Source of the DNA: Spirochaetota bacterium
Lineage (GTDB): Bacteria > Spirochaetota > UBA6919 > CBDBPB01
DNA: 64,000 bases
Direction: 5' to 3'
Assembly: GCA_965208615.1 (NCBI GenBank)
Contig: CBDBPB010000004.1
Location: 96,001 to 160,000 of the forward strand
In this document: positions 11,929-22,584 of the stretch, one piece after another
How positions within the stretch are numbered: position 1 is the stretch's first letter
Layout: every line of letters begins with the position of its first letter
Translations under genes and position numbers: made by a program
Notes under the pieces: model-generated
Seen by the model: only the letters and a program-made list of their open reading frames with translations
Databases searched by the model: none
What the model was told of the DNA's origin: nothing

Positions 11929-13149
11929 CTACCCTGCATTAATATCCCCTTCATGCAAAGATTTAAGGGTCTCTTTATATAAAGCCATAAGAAGATTGCC
12001 CTCATCCCCAGACTTGTTATGACTTTCTAAACAACGATTAAATACCTCTAACTCATCTAAATCACCTAAAGCCTCACCCTCATCCAGCCTGTTAATAGCC
12101 CTATTGACTACAGAACTATTCTTTATACGACGTATCTCTATATCAGTGCCAGGTATTAACTCATATAAATGCTCCCTCAAATTAGACGGTGCATTAGTAC
12201 CAGTAAAGTCTACCTCCAACCATACATTAGCACCCTTAAGCTTAAGCTCACAAATCCTCTTTTCAATATCACTAAGCCCGCCAGATAGCCTCTCTAAAGA
12301 CTGAAAGCAAGGAACAGTAATCTCATCAATAATAGCTTTCCTACTGTTAAACTCAACCCTTATAACCTTCTTTTTTTGATTAGCCTCACCATATCCCATA
12401 GGTATAGGCGAACCAGAATAACGAAAATGATTAGTCTTAGCAACAACCTGAGGTACATGTAAATGTCCTAATGCTAAATAATCTATAAAATCTGGAAAAG
12501 TATCCTTAGGTATATGAGATAATGATCCAACCTCCCTTACCCCGTCATCTTGAATAGTCTTTCCACCAAGAGTAAATAAATGCCCCATAACAATAATAGG
12601 TATATCACCATAAGCCTTTCGCCTATCCTCAGCAATACTACAAACATTATGATAATGATCCCTAATACCCTCAAGCAACTTAATATCCTTATCCTCAATA
12701 GTCTCTCCAGGGTCAACTCTACGTATATCACGATCCCTTAAATACGGTACAGCACAAATAATAGCCTCTGGCTTATTATCACTACCAGTAAGAGTAATAA
12801 CCTCATCCTCTAAACTGTCAGTAATATGACTAACCACATGAACATCCAATCCCCTAAGAAGGTCTTTTGGTGCATTCAAAAATGAAGGAGAATCATGATT
12901 TCCCGCTACCAAAACAATATGACGACAACATGACCTTGATATCCTATCTATAAATCTATAATATAAACCCTGCGCACGGTTACCCGGTGTACTATTATCA
13001 AATATATCTCCAGCAACCAATAAAACATCAATATGCTCATCCTCAATTAGCTTAGCCAACCAATCAAGAAATAACTGAAACTCCTTATAACGACTTTTGC
13101 CATATAATGACCGACCAAGATGCCAGTCTGATGTATGGATAATCTTCAT
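11929..13149 (-). CDS. sbcD: SbcD (Mre11-like) nuclease; likely start MKIIHTSDWHLG at 13149
   Basis: DWHLG, AGDIFD, GNHDS, ALGHLH and YSGSP metallophosphoesterase motifs; adjacent to sbcC. Confidence 0.96.
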   Translation of the reverse strand: MKIIHTSDWHLGRSLYGKSRYKEFQLFLDWLAKLIEDEHIDVLLVAGDIFDNSTPGNRAQGLYYRFIDRISRSCCRHIVLVAGNHDSPSFLNAPKDLLRGLDVHVVSHITDSLEDEVITLTGSDNKPEAIICAVPYLRDRDIRRVDPGETIEDKDIKLLEGIRDHYHNVCSIAEDRRKAYGDIPIIVMGHLFTLGGKTIQDDGVREVGSLSHIPKDTFPDFIDYLALGHLHVPQVVAKTNHFRYSGSPIPMGYGEANQKKKVIRVEFNSRKAIIDEITVPCFQSLERLSGGLSDIEKRICELKLKGANVWLEVDFTGTNAPSNLREHLYELIPGTDIEIRRIKNSSVVNRAINRLDEGEALGDLDELEVFNRCLESHNKSGDEGNLLMALYKETLKSLHEGDINAG

Positions 13150-13283
13150 TTTCTGACCTATCCTATAAAAATATATATCAAACTTAATATAGAGAAGTAA
13201 CAAAGGCAAGGTGGCAAGCCACTTTTTATTGAACAGGCATCTTAGAACGGTTTTTAGTTAACTTATTAGAGTGTTTAATTACA
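13130..13283. repeat. sbcD start, upstream region and element end, duplicated at about 15157-15310
   Basis: CTATCCTATAAAAATATATATCAAACTTAATATAGAGAA and AAAGGCAAGGTGGCAAGCCACTTTTTATTGAACAG are identical in both copies; boxes at 13243/13267 and 15270/15294. Confidence 0.92.
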
Positions 13284-13400
13284 AGGCTACAATAGTCCCA
13301 ACATAGTGTGACTTTGCATAATGATCATCTACAAGAGAGTCAATATCCTCAATAAGATCATTACAATGCTTATCTTCCCAAGCATCGCCCCTCTGATATT
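13284..13400 (-). pseudogene. Duplicated fragment of the 5' region of the GmrSD gene
   Basis: Near-identical to about 17089-17204 (AGGCTACAATAGTCCCAACATA...GCCCCTCTGATATT). Confidence 0.92.
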
Positions 13401-14200
13401 AGAGACAGACTAGGAAAGGAGTCAACTTTTTTAGGAAAGAGGTCATCTTCTGTTAGATAACCCCCTGGCTCTTTTTCTATATAACCCCCTTCCTTAAAGC
13501 CTTTTTTTAACGTTTCCAGCACTTTTAAATAGTCATCTGCATTACAGCTTTCCTTGGGACCATTACGCCCGATTTTGATCTTACGCCCTGTTGTGGTCAC
13601 CAGTCTCTGTTCGATATATCCATGAGACCAATTATCAAGGGTTAAGAAATTCCATGGACGAATCCAGTACAACCCAATTGTCAAATTCCACTTAACATTG
13701 TGCCTCTTAACTGCATTGTCATAAGCAGAAATGAAATTAGCTCTAGCATCAGCGTTGTCAGAGCCTGAAAAGGTTATAGCTTGGGCAAATATCTCCCATA
13801 GAGCATCAATGTCATCCTCTTCCCTTTCGTAAGAACACCCAAAAAACCATGAGTTCGTATTGTGAAGGACAGGTATTCCTTCAAATGAATTCGGCACAAC
13901 TTCTTCCACCCCCAAAAAAGCTGCCAATTCAGTTGCGACATTTTTCCTGGTTATATTTACCTTGTCGAACTTGGTATTACCACGGTTGAAAAAGCCCATA
14001 GCTGTAAATGGACAGATATCCTCCAGCGAGAATTTAGTATCATCTTTACGTCTATCCTTAGGACTCGAAAAGCCTTCAACTCTTGATGCAATTGAATGTA
14101 TACATTCTATCAGCTCCTTTCGCTTGTCCCTGTATAAAAGGAGTTTGTCTGCTATAGCTTCATAAAAACTAGTCCAGAGAAATTCTTCTTCTATTGCCAT
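13370..14200 (-). pseudogene. N-terminal domain of a McrB-like AAA+ restriction protein, truncated
   Basis: WTSFYEAIADKLL, DICPFTAMGFFNRG, SFEGIPVL and KWNLTIGLYWIRP recalled as N-termini of McrB-like proteins; no Walker A; last codons come from the GmrSD fragment. Confidence 0.6.
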
Positions 14201-14286
14201 AATAAAATCCCCCTAAATTAATATGTGTTATATATCATCTATTATTGGCTTTCCATAAACTATGGAAAGTACTTTACGCTCTTAAT

Positions 14287-14975
14287 TGTTAACAAACGTT
14301 TTAGAAAAAATAACAAAAAACATTCTATCAGGCATTTTGTTAGTGAAGGTTTTAGTAGATTATTTTTTTTGTTTGTTATTTACTCATATAGGATTAGGTA
14401 TACTTTTTGAAGTTTTACATATAAAGTCAATATAGAATATTCCAATAATCCGCTCTAAGCCTTTGTGGAACGGCGAATCCGTTATCACTTAATAAAGGTC
14501 TATAATTCTTAGTCTCAGTAAGGGATTCTTAATAGCTCTCGTAGTGATGACTACTTGCATAAAAAGTGATATTTTGTGTTCATTGCTAAGGCATTTAAAC
14601 AGCACTTAAAGAGCATAAAGGGATAACCTGCTTGACACAAGAAAATAGCTTTTCCATGAATATCTTAACTTTCCTGTTCCATAAAGAAATCTGGAATTCA
14701 CTTCCCTTTACGTTATATGTCTTGCCTTTTTACCCTGTATGACTAGTCATAACTCTATCATAAAATGATAACTAAATTATTAAATAATATCCCTTTAAAT
14801 AACCTAATATCAAAAAAAAAACGCCATCCTCCCCAGTTACTAATTACTATAGCTTTTAGATAAAAAATTATTATAACACAATTGCTAAATAGATTTTATC
14901 TGCACTTTAGGAAGTTTAAAAAGATAAACTAACTTAGAATACTTTTGCTCTACACCACTAGAACAATTACTAACA
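14287..14975 (-). mobile_element. Non-coding TGT...ACA element, copy A (689 bp, single 74-bp-type unit)
   Basis: Reverse complement is near-identical to 35844-36402 and 58739-59456; imperfect terminal inverted repeats; no long ORF. Confidence 0.8.
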
Positions 14976-14993
14976 ATGAATGAAAATATTAAT

Positions 14994-15010
14994 TATTGAA
15001 GGCGGCGGAG
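14994..15010 (-). repeat. Degenerate copy of the tmRNA 3' end (att-like scar)
   Basis: TATTGAAGGCGGCGG versus TATTGGAGGCGGCGG at 17319-17333 (14/15), same orientation, 2.3 kb downstream of ssrA. Confidence 0.6.
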
Positions 15011-15080
15011 CCTTACCCCAATTCGCCCTCCAAACCGAAAAACATCCATAAGACAATTTTATTCAACAACTTACACCACA

Positions 15081-15176
15081 TCAAACCCTTTCATAAAAGG
15101 CTGAAAATTCCTGATAACGTTTCCGCCTATAAAGAGAGCGACCTAAATGCAAATCTAATGTGTGGAGGATCTTCAT
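15081..15176 (-). pseudogene. Truncated sbcD paralogue stub (31 aa)
   Basis: Translates MKILHTLDLHLGRSLYRRKRYQEFSAFYERV*, versus SbcD MKIIHTSDWHLGRSLYGKSRYKEF. Confidence 0.85.
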
Positions 15177-15415
15177 TTTCTGGCCTATCCTATAAAAATA
15201 TATATCAAACTTAATATAGAGAAATAATAAAGGCAAGGTGGCAAGCCACTTTTTATTGAACAGACACCTTAGAACGCTTTTTTGTTAAATTATTAGAACG
15301 TTTAAATGCCATAAAACTTTTTTATTTTATTGACCACAGTCTATCACAAAAGCTATAGTAAAAATCTAATGATACCAACATTCATACATAAAACTAAATA
15401 TCAATTAATCAACCT

Positions 15416-17260
15416 TTAACGAAATATTTCGACTACTTGTTTCTCATCATTTTTATTTTCTGCCTGAACATCTTTAACACTCCAACGATCTATAATCCAA
15501 TTAACTAACTTTTCCCTGCGTTTTTTAAGTGAGTCCACTGTCCAATCGTCAAAAGCTGCTATTTCACGTTCTTGGCGAATATCTGAATTGGCATAACAAA
15601 TACCTTCTCCACTCTTTCCTTTCTTACACTCAAAGGTAAAGTTACTATAAGCAGAGTTATTATTTGTTAGAACCAGATTTCCAATATCATGTAAGTAGGT
15701 ATCTATATGTTCTTGATTCCACTTCTCTTTCCATTCCTTTGTTTGGGTTTGAGGGAGAATATGCCCAATACTTGCTTCTTTAAGCTTAGCCCAAACTATT
15801 TTAGGGCTATGTTCATGACCATCCTCATGAAGCAAATGCTTCTCATATTCATAAAGTATATGCTTTAGACGCTTCCTATAATTACTACTACCATTAGCAT
15901 ACCACCAAGTTCTTGGGTTTTCTAAAAAGCGAATAAATTTTTCCTTTGGCGAATACCAATGGGTCAACTCATCAATTTTATTAACAAGGTCTTTAACAAA
16001 GCCTTTTTCATAGCCTTTTTTACTAAAAAGTTCATTTCCATGACGATAAAAATCTGCTTTACCTGTATTACCACGCTTGTTTACTATTAAAAAAACTCTA
16101 AACGCAAAGCGTTCAAGAGCTTTTAACAAATTAATATAATCATCTTTAGCCTGGTCATATACCCGTATACGAGCTGCAACCATTAATGGCAAAAAACTAG
16201 CAATAATGTTTATGTTCTCAAATTTAGTTAACCATTCAAACTCATCCTCACATAGATTATTAGCCTTAGAAGGATTTATAATAATAGAATAGTGTTTCGA
16301 AACCTTTACTAGATTATCAATAAATGTAGATAGGAACTCTTTTACTTCTTCTTTAGTTTTTTTAGAAAAATCACGGAGTGGAATGTACTTCTTAAAACTA
16401 TTATAACCATCCCAATGTTTAGCTTGATAACTACAGAAAAGAGTCCAAGCAATTTGAAGGCATTGGTCATCACTACCTGAATTAGCAAGATTAGAGTAAA
16501 TATCTTTCCATGCACTGTTTATCTTCTCTGTTAAAGTATTTCGTTCATTATTGTCAGTATTACGAAATAGCCAATGCTTAAAATAGTTTTTAAGTAACTC
16601 AAGAATACTAAGCTTCTTACCACGAGAATTCATTAGCTCAAAAGTCATTCCAATCTCACACTCTTCGTCAATAGCATAGTATGTGAAAACGAGCTTGTTG
16701 GTAATAGCATTAAAAAGCCCTTTTAAATACTTAGTTGACTCTTTCCTCCTCTTTTTTACTTGCTCTTCAATATGTTTTGAGAACTTCTTAGTGGCATTAA
16801 TTAGTCGCCCTTGGTGTGGAGTGGTCTCTTTGTTAGTTCTAGTATCACCATTTTCTAGAAGGTGACGGAATAAGCGTAAGTCACATTCATTATTTAAAGT
16901 CAACCTGCAAGTTTCTCCGTTATATAAGTATATAGGAGTCTTCTTTTCATACTCACTTTCTTCTTTTGCAAGCTCTCTAATAATTACTGAAAGATATAAA
17001 CTGATAGATGCAAGCCTCTGTTGTCCATCAACAACATCAAAGACTTCAACACTTTCTAGGTTATAATCTTTATTTTCTTTTGTTGAGTAGGCTACAATAG
17101 TCCCAACATAATGTGACTTTGCATAATGATCATCTACAAGAGAATCAATATCCTCAATAAGATCATTACAATGCTTATCCTCCCAAGCATAGCCCCTCTG
17201 ATATTCAGGAATAACGAAGACTTTACCGCTAAATAGTCTACCTAAAGTTTGCTTATCCAT
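15416..17260 (-). CDS. GmrSD-family (DUF262 + DUF1524) type IV restriction endonuclease
   Basis: IPEYQRGYAW, VVDGQQR, FELMNSRG; C-terminal HILPQ...IGNLVL..N HNH-like motif. Confidence 0.9.
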   Translation of the reverse strand: MDKQTLGRLFSGKVFVIPEYQRGYAWEDKHCNDLIEDIDSLVDDHYAKSHYVGTIVAYSTKENKDYNLESVEVFDVVDGQQRLASISLYLSVIIRELAKEESEYEKKTPIYLYNGETCRLTLNNECDLRLFRHLLENGDTRTNKETTPHQGRLINATKKFSKHIEEQVKKRRKESTKYLKGLFNAITNKLVFTYYAIDEECEIGMTFELMNSRGKKLSILELLKNYFKHWLFRNTDNNERNTLTEKINSAWKDIYSNLANSGSDDQCLQIAWTLFCSYQAKHWDGYNSFKKYIPLRDFSKKTKEEVKEFLSTFIDNLVKVSKHYSIIINPSKANNLCEDEFEWLTKFENINIIASFLPLMVAARIRVYDQAKDDYINLLKALERFAFRVFLIVNKRGNTGKADFYRHGNELFSKKGYEKGFVKDLVNKIDELTHWYSPKEKFIRFLENPRTWWYANGSSNYRKRLKHILYEYEKHLLHEDGHEHSPKIVWAKLKEASIGHILPQTQTKEWKEKWNQEHIDTYLHDIGNLVLTNNNSAYSNFTFECKKGKSGEGICYANSDIRQEREIAAFDDWTVDSLKKRREKLVNWIIDRWSVKDVQAENKNDEKQVVEIFR

Positions 17261-17321
17261 TGTTGCCCTCCATATAATTATATTTTTATATTAAGAAAAT
17301 ATATAAATTAGCACTTTATAT

Positions 17322-17673
17322 TGGAGGCGGCGGGAGTCGAACCCGCGTCCTAAAATAAATCAACTTATGCCACTAGCATGCTTAGTCTGCGATTCTTAAC
17401 TTCAGGATAACAGCCCTTGCACAGACACAGGTATATCATCCCTAACCTGTATTTGTCTCACTAAAAAGTCCAGGTCCCCTTTTAGCCAGCCTTAAGTAGC
17501 TTAACGCCCTATGACCAGTCCTTAAGACAAAGCCAGTCTAAGACGAGCAGCAATTATGCTGCTAATGCCAATTCTTGATTGTCGGCAATTAAATGTTTAG
17601 AGCATTTACGGGATACCCCAACCCGACATACCAACCTAAGCCTTTTTATCCCAGTCGAAACCGTGTCGCCCCC
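17322..17673 (-). ncRNA. ssrA: tmRNA, tag peptide ADNQELALAA
   Basis: 5' GGGGGCGACACGGTTTCGAC; 3' GGTTCGACTCCCGCCGCCTCCA; tag ORF 17586-17554 ending ALAA*. Confidence 0.97.
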
Positions 17674-17735
17674 TTTAAAATTAAAATAGAATAGCTAAAT
17701 TAAAAAAAAACATAAGTATATAAAATAAACAATAC

Positions 17736-18197
17736 CTAATTAGCCCTAAGCAACTTCTTTAATATAATAAACCTTGACCCAAAAGCAATATTACTCTTCT
17801 TAAACCATCCCCTATTAACCTCTAAAGCATATTTAGCCCTATTAGATGAAGAATAAACCCTGTTAGACTTAGGCTTCATACTAAAAACCTCAAATAACCT
17901 CTTATTCTCATCAAAAAAGCCAATATCCAAAGGTATTAAGGTGTTCTTCATCCAAAAAGATAATATTTGGGGATAATCAAAAATAAATAACATACCCCTG
18001 TCTTTTTTAAGGCTCTTCCTAAACATAAGGCCGACTTTATGCTTAACAGGTGTATCAGCAACCTCTACCAATAACCTCTTATTATTTAAACCAATAACAG
18101 CCTTATCAAAAGTAATCTTGCTGTCCCCGCTAACGAATAAGTTAGGAATAAGTAAAAATAAAATAGCAGGTATAGTCTTAAAAATATTAATACCCAT
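17736..18197 (-). CDS. DUF192 family protein
   Basis: VEVADT..GLMFR..GMLFIF..FWMKNTLIPLDIGF..YALEVNRG. Confidence 0.93.
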   Translation of the reverse strand: MGINIFKTIPAILFLLIPNLFVSGDSKITFDKAVIGLNNKRLLVEVADTPVKHKVGLMFRKSLKKDRGMLFIFDYPQILSFWMKNTLIPLDIGFFDENKRLFEVFSMKPKSNRVYSSSNRAKYALEVNRGWFKKSNIAFGSRFIILKKLLRAN

Positions 18198-18256
18198 AAG
18201 ACTATTATACTAAACTATTACAAAAAGTAAACAGATTTATTAAAATAAATGATAGA

Positions 18257-18748
18257 CTAGTCTCTCTCCACCACATTTAAACGACATCTATCATCACCTG
18301 CCGCCAACCTATACTCAATAGTAAGCTTAAAACCCATACCCTCATACTTACCATAATCAGTGGCATTAGCAATCTCACACATCTTATTAACCTCTGATGA
18401 TGATAAACCCATATCCTGCCAAGCCTCTACCAAAGGACATCTCTCCATGTCTATAACCGCTGATCTATTATCAACACTATGTATAGATGGCTTAAACAAC
18501 TCCCCACCGCAAACAGATGACTTAATAAACTCATCAGCCACACCTTTAAAATCCTTATTCTTAGCCATACCCTCATAACGATGAGACTTTAACCCTCCCC
18601 ACCTATAAATAGCCTTAGCCATAATCTTAGTAGCTCTCTCTTCACCAAACTCATTAACTAACTCCTCATAAAATAAACGGTAAAGTATAGCCCTGCTCTT
18701 ATATGCTTCGTATGTTTCTTTATAAGCCTTTTTAATTTCATTGTTCAT
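18257..18748 (-). CDS. L-2-amino-thiazoline-4-carboxylic acid hydrolase-like protein; start likely ATG 18748
   Basis: RCPLVEAW..G, MCEIA..D and GDDRC motifs; GGGGA RBS before 18748. Confidence 0.75.
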   Translation of the reverse strand: MNNEIKKAYKETYEAYKSRAILYRLFYEELVNEFGEERATKIMAKAIYRWGGLKSHRYEGMAKNKDFKGVADEFIKSSVCGGELFKPSIHSVDNRSAVIDMERCPLVEAWQDMGLSSSEVNKMCEIANATDYGKYEGMGFKLTIEYRLAAGDDRCRLNVVERD

Positions 18749-18760
18749 AGTTATCCCCCA

Positions 18761-18829
18761 TGTTAACAAACGTTTTAGCAAATATAACAAAAAAACGTTC
18801 TATCAGACATTTTGTTAGTGAAGGTTTTA
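18761..18829. repeat. Solo right end of the TGT...ACA element
   Basis: TGTTAACAAACGTTTTAGCAAATATAACAAAAAAACGTTCTATCAGACATTTTGTTAGTGAAGGTTTTA matches 14287-14354 and the reverse complement of 59389-59456. Confidence 0.9.
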
Positions 18830-18982
18830 CTATGTTATTGTAAAAGCATTTTAGGCTTGTCAAATTAATTATAATATATAACCTAAAAAAAACGTTTTTA
18901 ATAACATATTTAAGAATAATATTATTAGTTTTATTAACATCCATTATTATATTCATAGTAACACATTTTAAAATGTATCAAA

Positions 18983-19756
18983 ATGAAACTATATATAACT
19001 ATATTAATCCTATTCCTAAGCCTTAATAATTACGCAAAACAAAATGAAAAAAAACTACTTTATTTCGATGATAAAATCGGCGATGTATACAAAATTAATA
19101 GACTCTCAAATAAAAAAATATTTCTAAATAATAAACATATTAAAACATTAAATTATAAATATATAGGTAAAAAAGTAGTCGGAAATAATAAAAAAAGTAA
19201 AATAATAACCGAACTTAATAACCTATATAAAAACAATAAACTTATTATGAAACAATATAGCAAGTTTATTAGAGAAAAAAACGGCAGTATTAAAGTTAAA
19301 AATAATTATATTTATCCCCTGATCAGAGGTGTACCACAATTCCCTGACTTTAAGGTATCCATTGGAGACTCCTGGCAGGCTAAAGGCTTTTCTGTACTAA
19401 ATGTTACTAAACTAGGCTTTAGAAAACCTATACTCTCCCCTATAGATGTTAGGTATAAGTATGAAACCATAAAAAAAATAAATGGTGTAGAGTGTGCTGT
19501 AATATCAGCCTACTTCATAGATAACCTAGATAATAAAATCCCTGCTGGACCTATGTACAAAAAACTATGGGTTAGTAAAAGTGGATTACTCCCAGTAAGG
19601 TGGATAGGCTTCTCTAATGGACTATATTACTACTCTCTAAAAGATAACTATATTATACGCTTTAAACTTAACTATATCCATATATTTATACTCGAAAACG
19701 GCCTTATACAAGAAATTACCGGCTCTGACTACGCAAATATAATAAGAAAACGCTAA
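18983..19756 (+). CDS. Exported hypothetical protein, resembling the N-terminal domain of spirochaete OmpA-family proteins
   Basis: Signal peptide; PLIRGVPQFPDFKVSIGDSW motif; no OmpA C-terminal domain. Confidence 0.5.
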   Translation: MKLYITILILFLSLNNYAKQNEKKLLYFDDKIGDVYKINRLSNKKIFLNNKHIKTLNYKYIGKKVVGNNKKSKIITELNNLYKNNKLIMKQYSKFIREKNGSIKVKNNYIYPLIRGVPQFPDFKVSIGDSWQAKGFSVLNVTKLGFRKPILSPIDVRYKYETIKKINGVECAVISAYFIDNLDNKIPAGPMYKKLWVSKSGLLPVRWIGFSNGLYYYSLKDNYIIRFKLNYIHIFILENGLIQEITGSDYANIIRKR

Positions 19757-19787
19757 CTCAAAACATAAATAATATCGGAGATAATTA

Positions 19788-20960
19788 ATGAGAGTCTACC
19801 TCGACAATAATGCAACTACTCCTATACATCCTAAGATTATCAATACTATAAAAGAAAACCTTTCTCACTACGGTAACCCGTCCAGCCTGCACGAAATAGG
19901 TAAACAAACTAAATTATTAATCAATAATGCTAGAACCTATGTCGCATCACTATTGGGTGCATCCAATAAAGAAATTATATTCACCTCAGGGGCCACTGAA
20001 GCAAATAACACCGTAATAAAAGGTATAATAAATAACAAAGAAAATCACATAATAACTTCTAAGATAGATCATCCTTCTGTTATTAATCCATGCAAACATC
20101 TGGAGTCTATGGGCTATAACGTTAGCTATATCTCTGTGGATAAATACGGTATTATAAATTTATCAGAACTAGAAAATGCCATCTCTAACAAAACAAGGCT
20201 AATATCTGTTATCATGGCTAATAACGAAATAGGGACTATACAACCAATAAAAGAAATAAGTAGTTTAGCTAAAAAGCATAATATCCTATTCCACACCGAT
20301 GCTGTACAAGCTATTGGCAAGGTTAACGTTAACGTGGATGAACTGGAAATTGACCTCTTAACCCTATCTGCACATAAATGCGGCGGTCCAAAAGGCGTTG
20401 GAGCTCTTTATATAAAAAAAGGTATAAAAATTAATCCCCTATTATACGGCGGCGATCACGAAAAAGGCCAAAGATCTGGTACAGAAAATACCCTAGGTAT
20501 AATTGCTTTTGGTGAGCTTTGTAAAATATTAAAAAATAATATCTCCAACAATGCCAATCAAATGCTTAAACTTAGAAATAAACTGGAAAAAGCTATTCTT
20601 AATAACATCCCCGATGTTGTTTTAAACGGTCATCCAACTAACAGACTCCCAAATACCTTGAATATTAGTTTTAGCTTCTTAGAGGGTGAGGCTATTCTAC
20701 TAGCTTTGGATATGATTGGTGTAGCAGTATCCACCAGTTCTGCGTGTAGTAGTACACATCCTGAACCTTCCTATGTCATAATGGCACTAAACAAAGGCTT
20801 TGAAGTAGCACATAGCTCTATTCGCTTTAGCATAGGCACTCAAAATACTGATAAAGAAATAAACTATGTTATTAGTAGGTTCCCAAACTTAATTAAAAAC
20901 TTAAGGAAAGTTTCTCCGCTAAAACTAGATAATCCCTTCCTAAAAAATAATATATCATAA
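19788..20960 (+). CDS. iscS: Cysteine desulfurase (IscS/NifS)
   Basis: YLDNNATT, FTSGATE, HTDAVQ, SAHK..GPKG, RSGTEN, SSACSS. Confidence 0.93.
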   Translation: MRVYLDNNATTPIHPKIINTIKENLSHYGNPSSLHEIGKQTKLLINNARTYVASLLGASNKEIIFTSGATEANNTVIKGIINNKENHIITSKIDHPSVINPCKHLESMGYNVSYISVDKYGIINLSELENAISNKTRLISVIMANNEIGTIQPIKEISSLAKKHNILFHTDAVQAIGKVNVNVDELEIDLLTLSAHKCGGPKGVGALYIKKGIKINPLLYGGDHEKGQRSGTENTLGIIAFGELCKILKNNISNNANQMLKLRNKLEKAILNNIPDVVLNGHPTNRLPNTLNISFSFLEGEAILLALDMIGVAVSTSSACSSTHPEPSYVIMALNKGFEVAHSSIRFSIGTQNTDKEINYVISRFPNLIKNLRKVSPLKLDNPFLKNNIS

Positions 20961-20979
20961 GGTAATAAGGTTTTAAGCT

Positions 20980-21180
20980 CTATTTAATTTTATATTTTTG
21001 TTTAAACTTCTCTACTCTACCTGCAGTATCCAATATTTTATGCTTTCCAGTATAAAATGGATGGCAACTCGAACAAGTCTCAACATGAATGTTTTTAGCA
21101 GTAGACCTCGTTTTGAATGAATGTCCACATGCACAAGTAACCGTTACTTCTCCATATTTTGGATGAATATTCTTTTTCAT
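20980..21180 (-). CDS. rpmE: 50S ribosomal protein L31 (zinc-binding type)
   Basis: [27 protein letters not shown]. Confidence 0.98.
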   Translation of the reverse strand: MKKNIHPKYGEVTVTCACGHSFKTRSTAKNIHVETCSSCHPFYTGKHKILDTAGRVEKFKQKYKIK

Positions 21181-21192
21181 TATTAACTCCTT

Positions 21193-22584
21193 TTATCCGT
21201 TACTCATTGACTTTAAAAAAGCGTTATTTGTTTTAGTTTTACCTATCTTATCAAGTAATAACTCCATAACCTCCGAGTTAGTCATGTTATTAAATACCTG
21301 ACGTAATATCCACATCTTTTGAATCTCTTCTTCAGATAACAATAACTCCTCTTTTCTAGTTCCTGACTTTTTAATGTCTATAGCTGGGAATAGCCGTCTA
21401 TCAGCCATTTTTCTATCAAGGTGAATCTCCATATTACCAGTACCCTTAAACTCCTCAAATATAACCTCATCCATCCTACTACCAGTATCTATTAAAGCAG
21501 TAGCAATTATAGTAAGGCTCCCACCCTCTTCTATATTCCTGGCAGCACCAAAAAATCGCTTAGGCTTTTGAAGGGCATTAGCATCCACTCCTCCAGACAG
21601 CACTTTACCACTAGTAGGAACAACCTGATTATATGCCCGTGCCAACCTTGTTATACTATCTAATAATATAACAACATCTTTTTTATGCTCCACCAGTCGT
21701 TTTGCCTTATCTATTACCATTTCCGCCACTTGTACGTGTCTTTGTGCTGGCTCATCAAAAGTAGAACTAATAACCTCACCCTTAACAGTTCTCTGCATAT
21801 CAGTAACCTCTTCAGGCCTTTCATCTATTAATAGCACAATTAATAAAACCTCAGGATGATTAGTAGTAATCGCATTGGCAAACTCCTGTAGTAAAACAGT
21901 CTTACCAGTCCTTGGAGGAGCAACTATTAAACCTCTTTGTCCTTTGCCTATTGGAGTTAGTAAGTTTACCACCCTAGTTGACAGCTTAGTTGGATCAAAC
22001 TCAATGTTCAGCCTTGACTCGGGGTATAACGGTGTTAAATTATCAAATAAGATTCGCTTATTTACGGTTTCAGGATCTTCAAAGTTAACCGCCTCTACCC
22101 TTAATAAAGCAAAAAATCGCTCATTCTCTTTTGGAGGCCTAACCTGACCAGCAACTGTATCTCCAGTTCTAAGCCCAAATAACCTTATCTGAGAAGGAGA
22201 TATATAAATATCATCAGGACCTGGTAAATAATTATATACAGGCTGTCTCAAAAAGCCATATCCCTCTTGTAATACCTCTAATACTCCATTAGCAAAAAGT
22301 AGTCCATCTTTTCTGGTTTGAGTCTCTAATATAGCATAAATAAGATCTTGCTTAGTTTTACTGCTACTACCCTGTATACCAATTGATCTTGCAATCTCAG
22401 TTAATTCAGATATATGCTTTTTACCAAGCTCTGATATATCCAGCCTATCCAAAGAAGATGGACCTGGCCTATCAGAAGGTTTTGAACGAGCTTTAACAGC
22501 TTTGTTAGACGACTTTGACGCATTAAAACCATCACCTTTATGACTATGACCAGTTTTTATATCTTTTTTAGTAGTTTCAGACAT
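21193..22584 (-). CDS. rho: Transcription termination factor Rho
   Basis: [48 protein letters not shown]. Confidence 0.98.
   Translation of the reverse strand: MSETTKKDIKTGHSHKGDGFNASKSSNKAVKARSKPSDRPGPSSLDRLDISELGKKHISELTEIARSIGIQGSSSKTKQDLIYAILETQTRKDGLLFANGVLEVLQEGYGFLRQPVYNYLPGPDDIYISPSQIRLFGLRTGDTVAGQVRPPKENERFFALLRVEAVNFEDPETVNKRILFDNLTPLYPESRLNIEFDPTKLSTRVVNLLTPIGKGQRGLIVAPPRTGKTVLLQEFANAITTNHPEVLLIVLLIDERPEEVTDMQRTVKGEVISSTFDEPAQRHVQVAEMVIDKAKRLVEHKKDVVILLDSITRLARAYNQVVPTSGKVLSGGVDANALQKPKRFFGAARNIEEGGSLTIIATALIDTGSRMDEVIFEEFKGTGNMEIHLDRKMADRRLFPAIDIKKSGTRKEELLLSEEEIQKMWILRQVFNNMTNSEVMELLLDKIGKTKTNNAFLKSMSNG

Noticed and set aside
14282-14980. Target-site duplications around elements A, B, C and R2
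   Set aside because: Flanks do not match (A ttaat/atgaa, C aatat/acaat); only a 2-bp AT at copy A, which is not significant
3073-15310. Integron cassette array with attC sites
   Set aside because: No integrase; repeats lack the RYYYAAC/GTTRRRY hairpin architecture and flank multi-gene blocks including sbcCD
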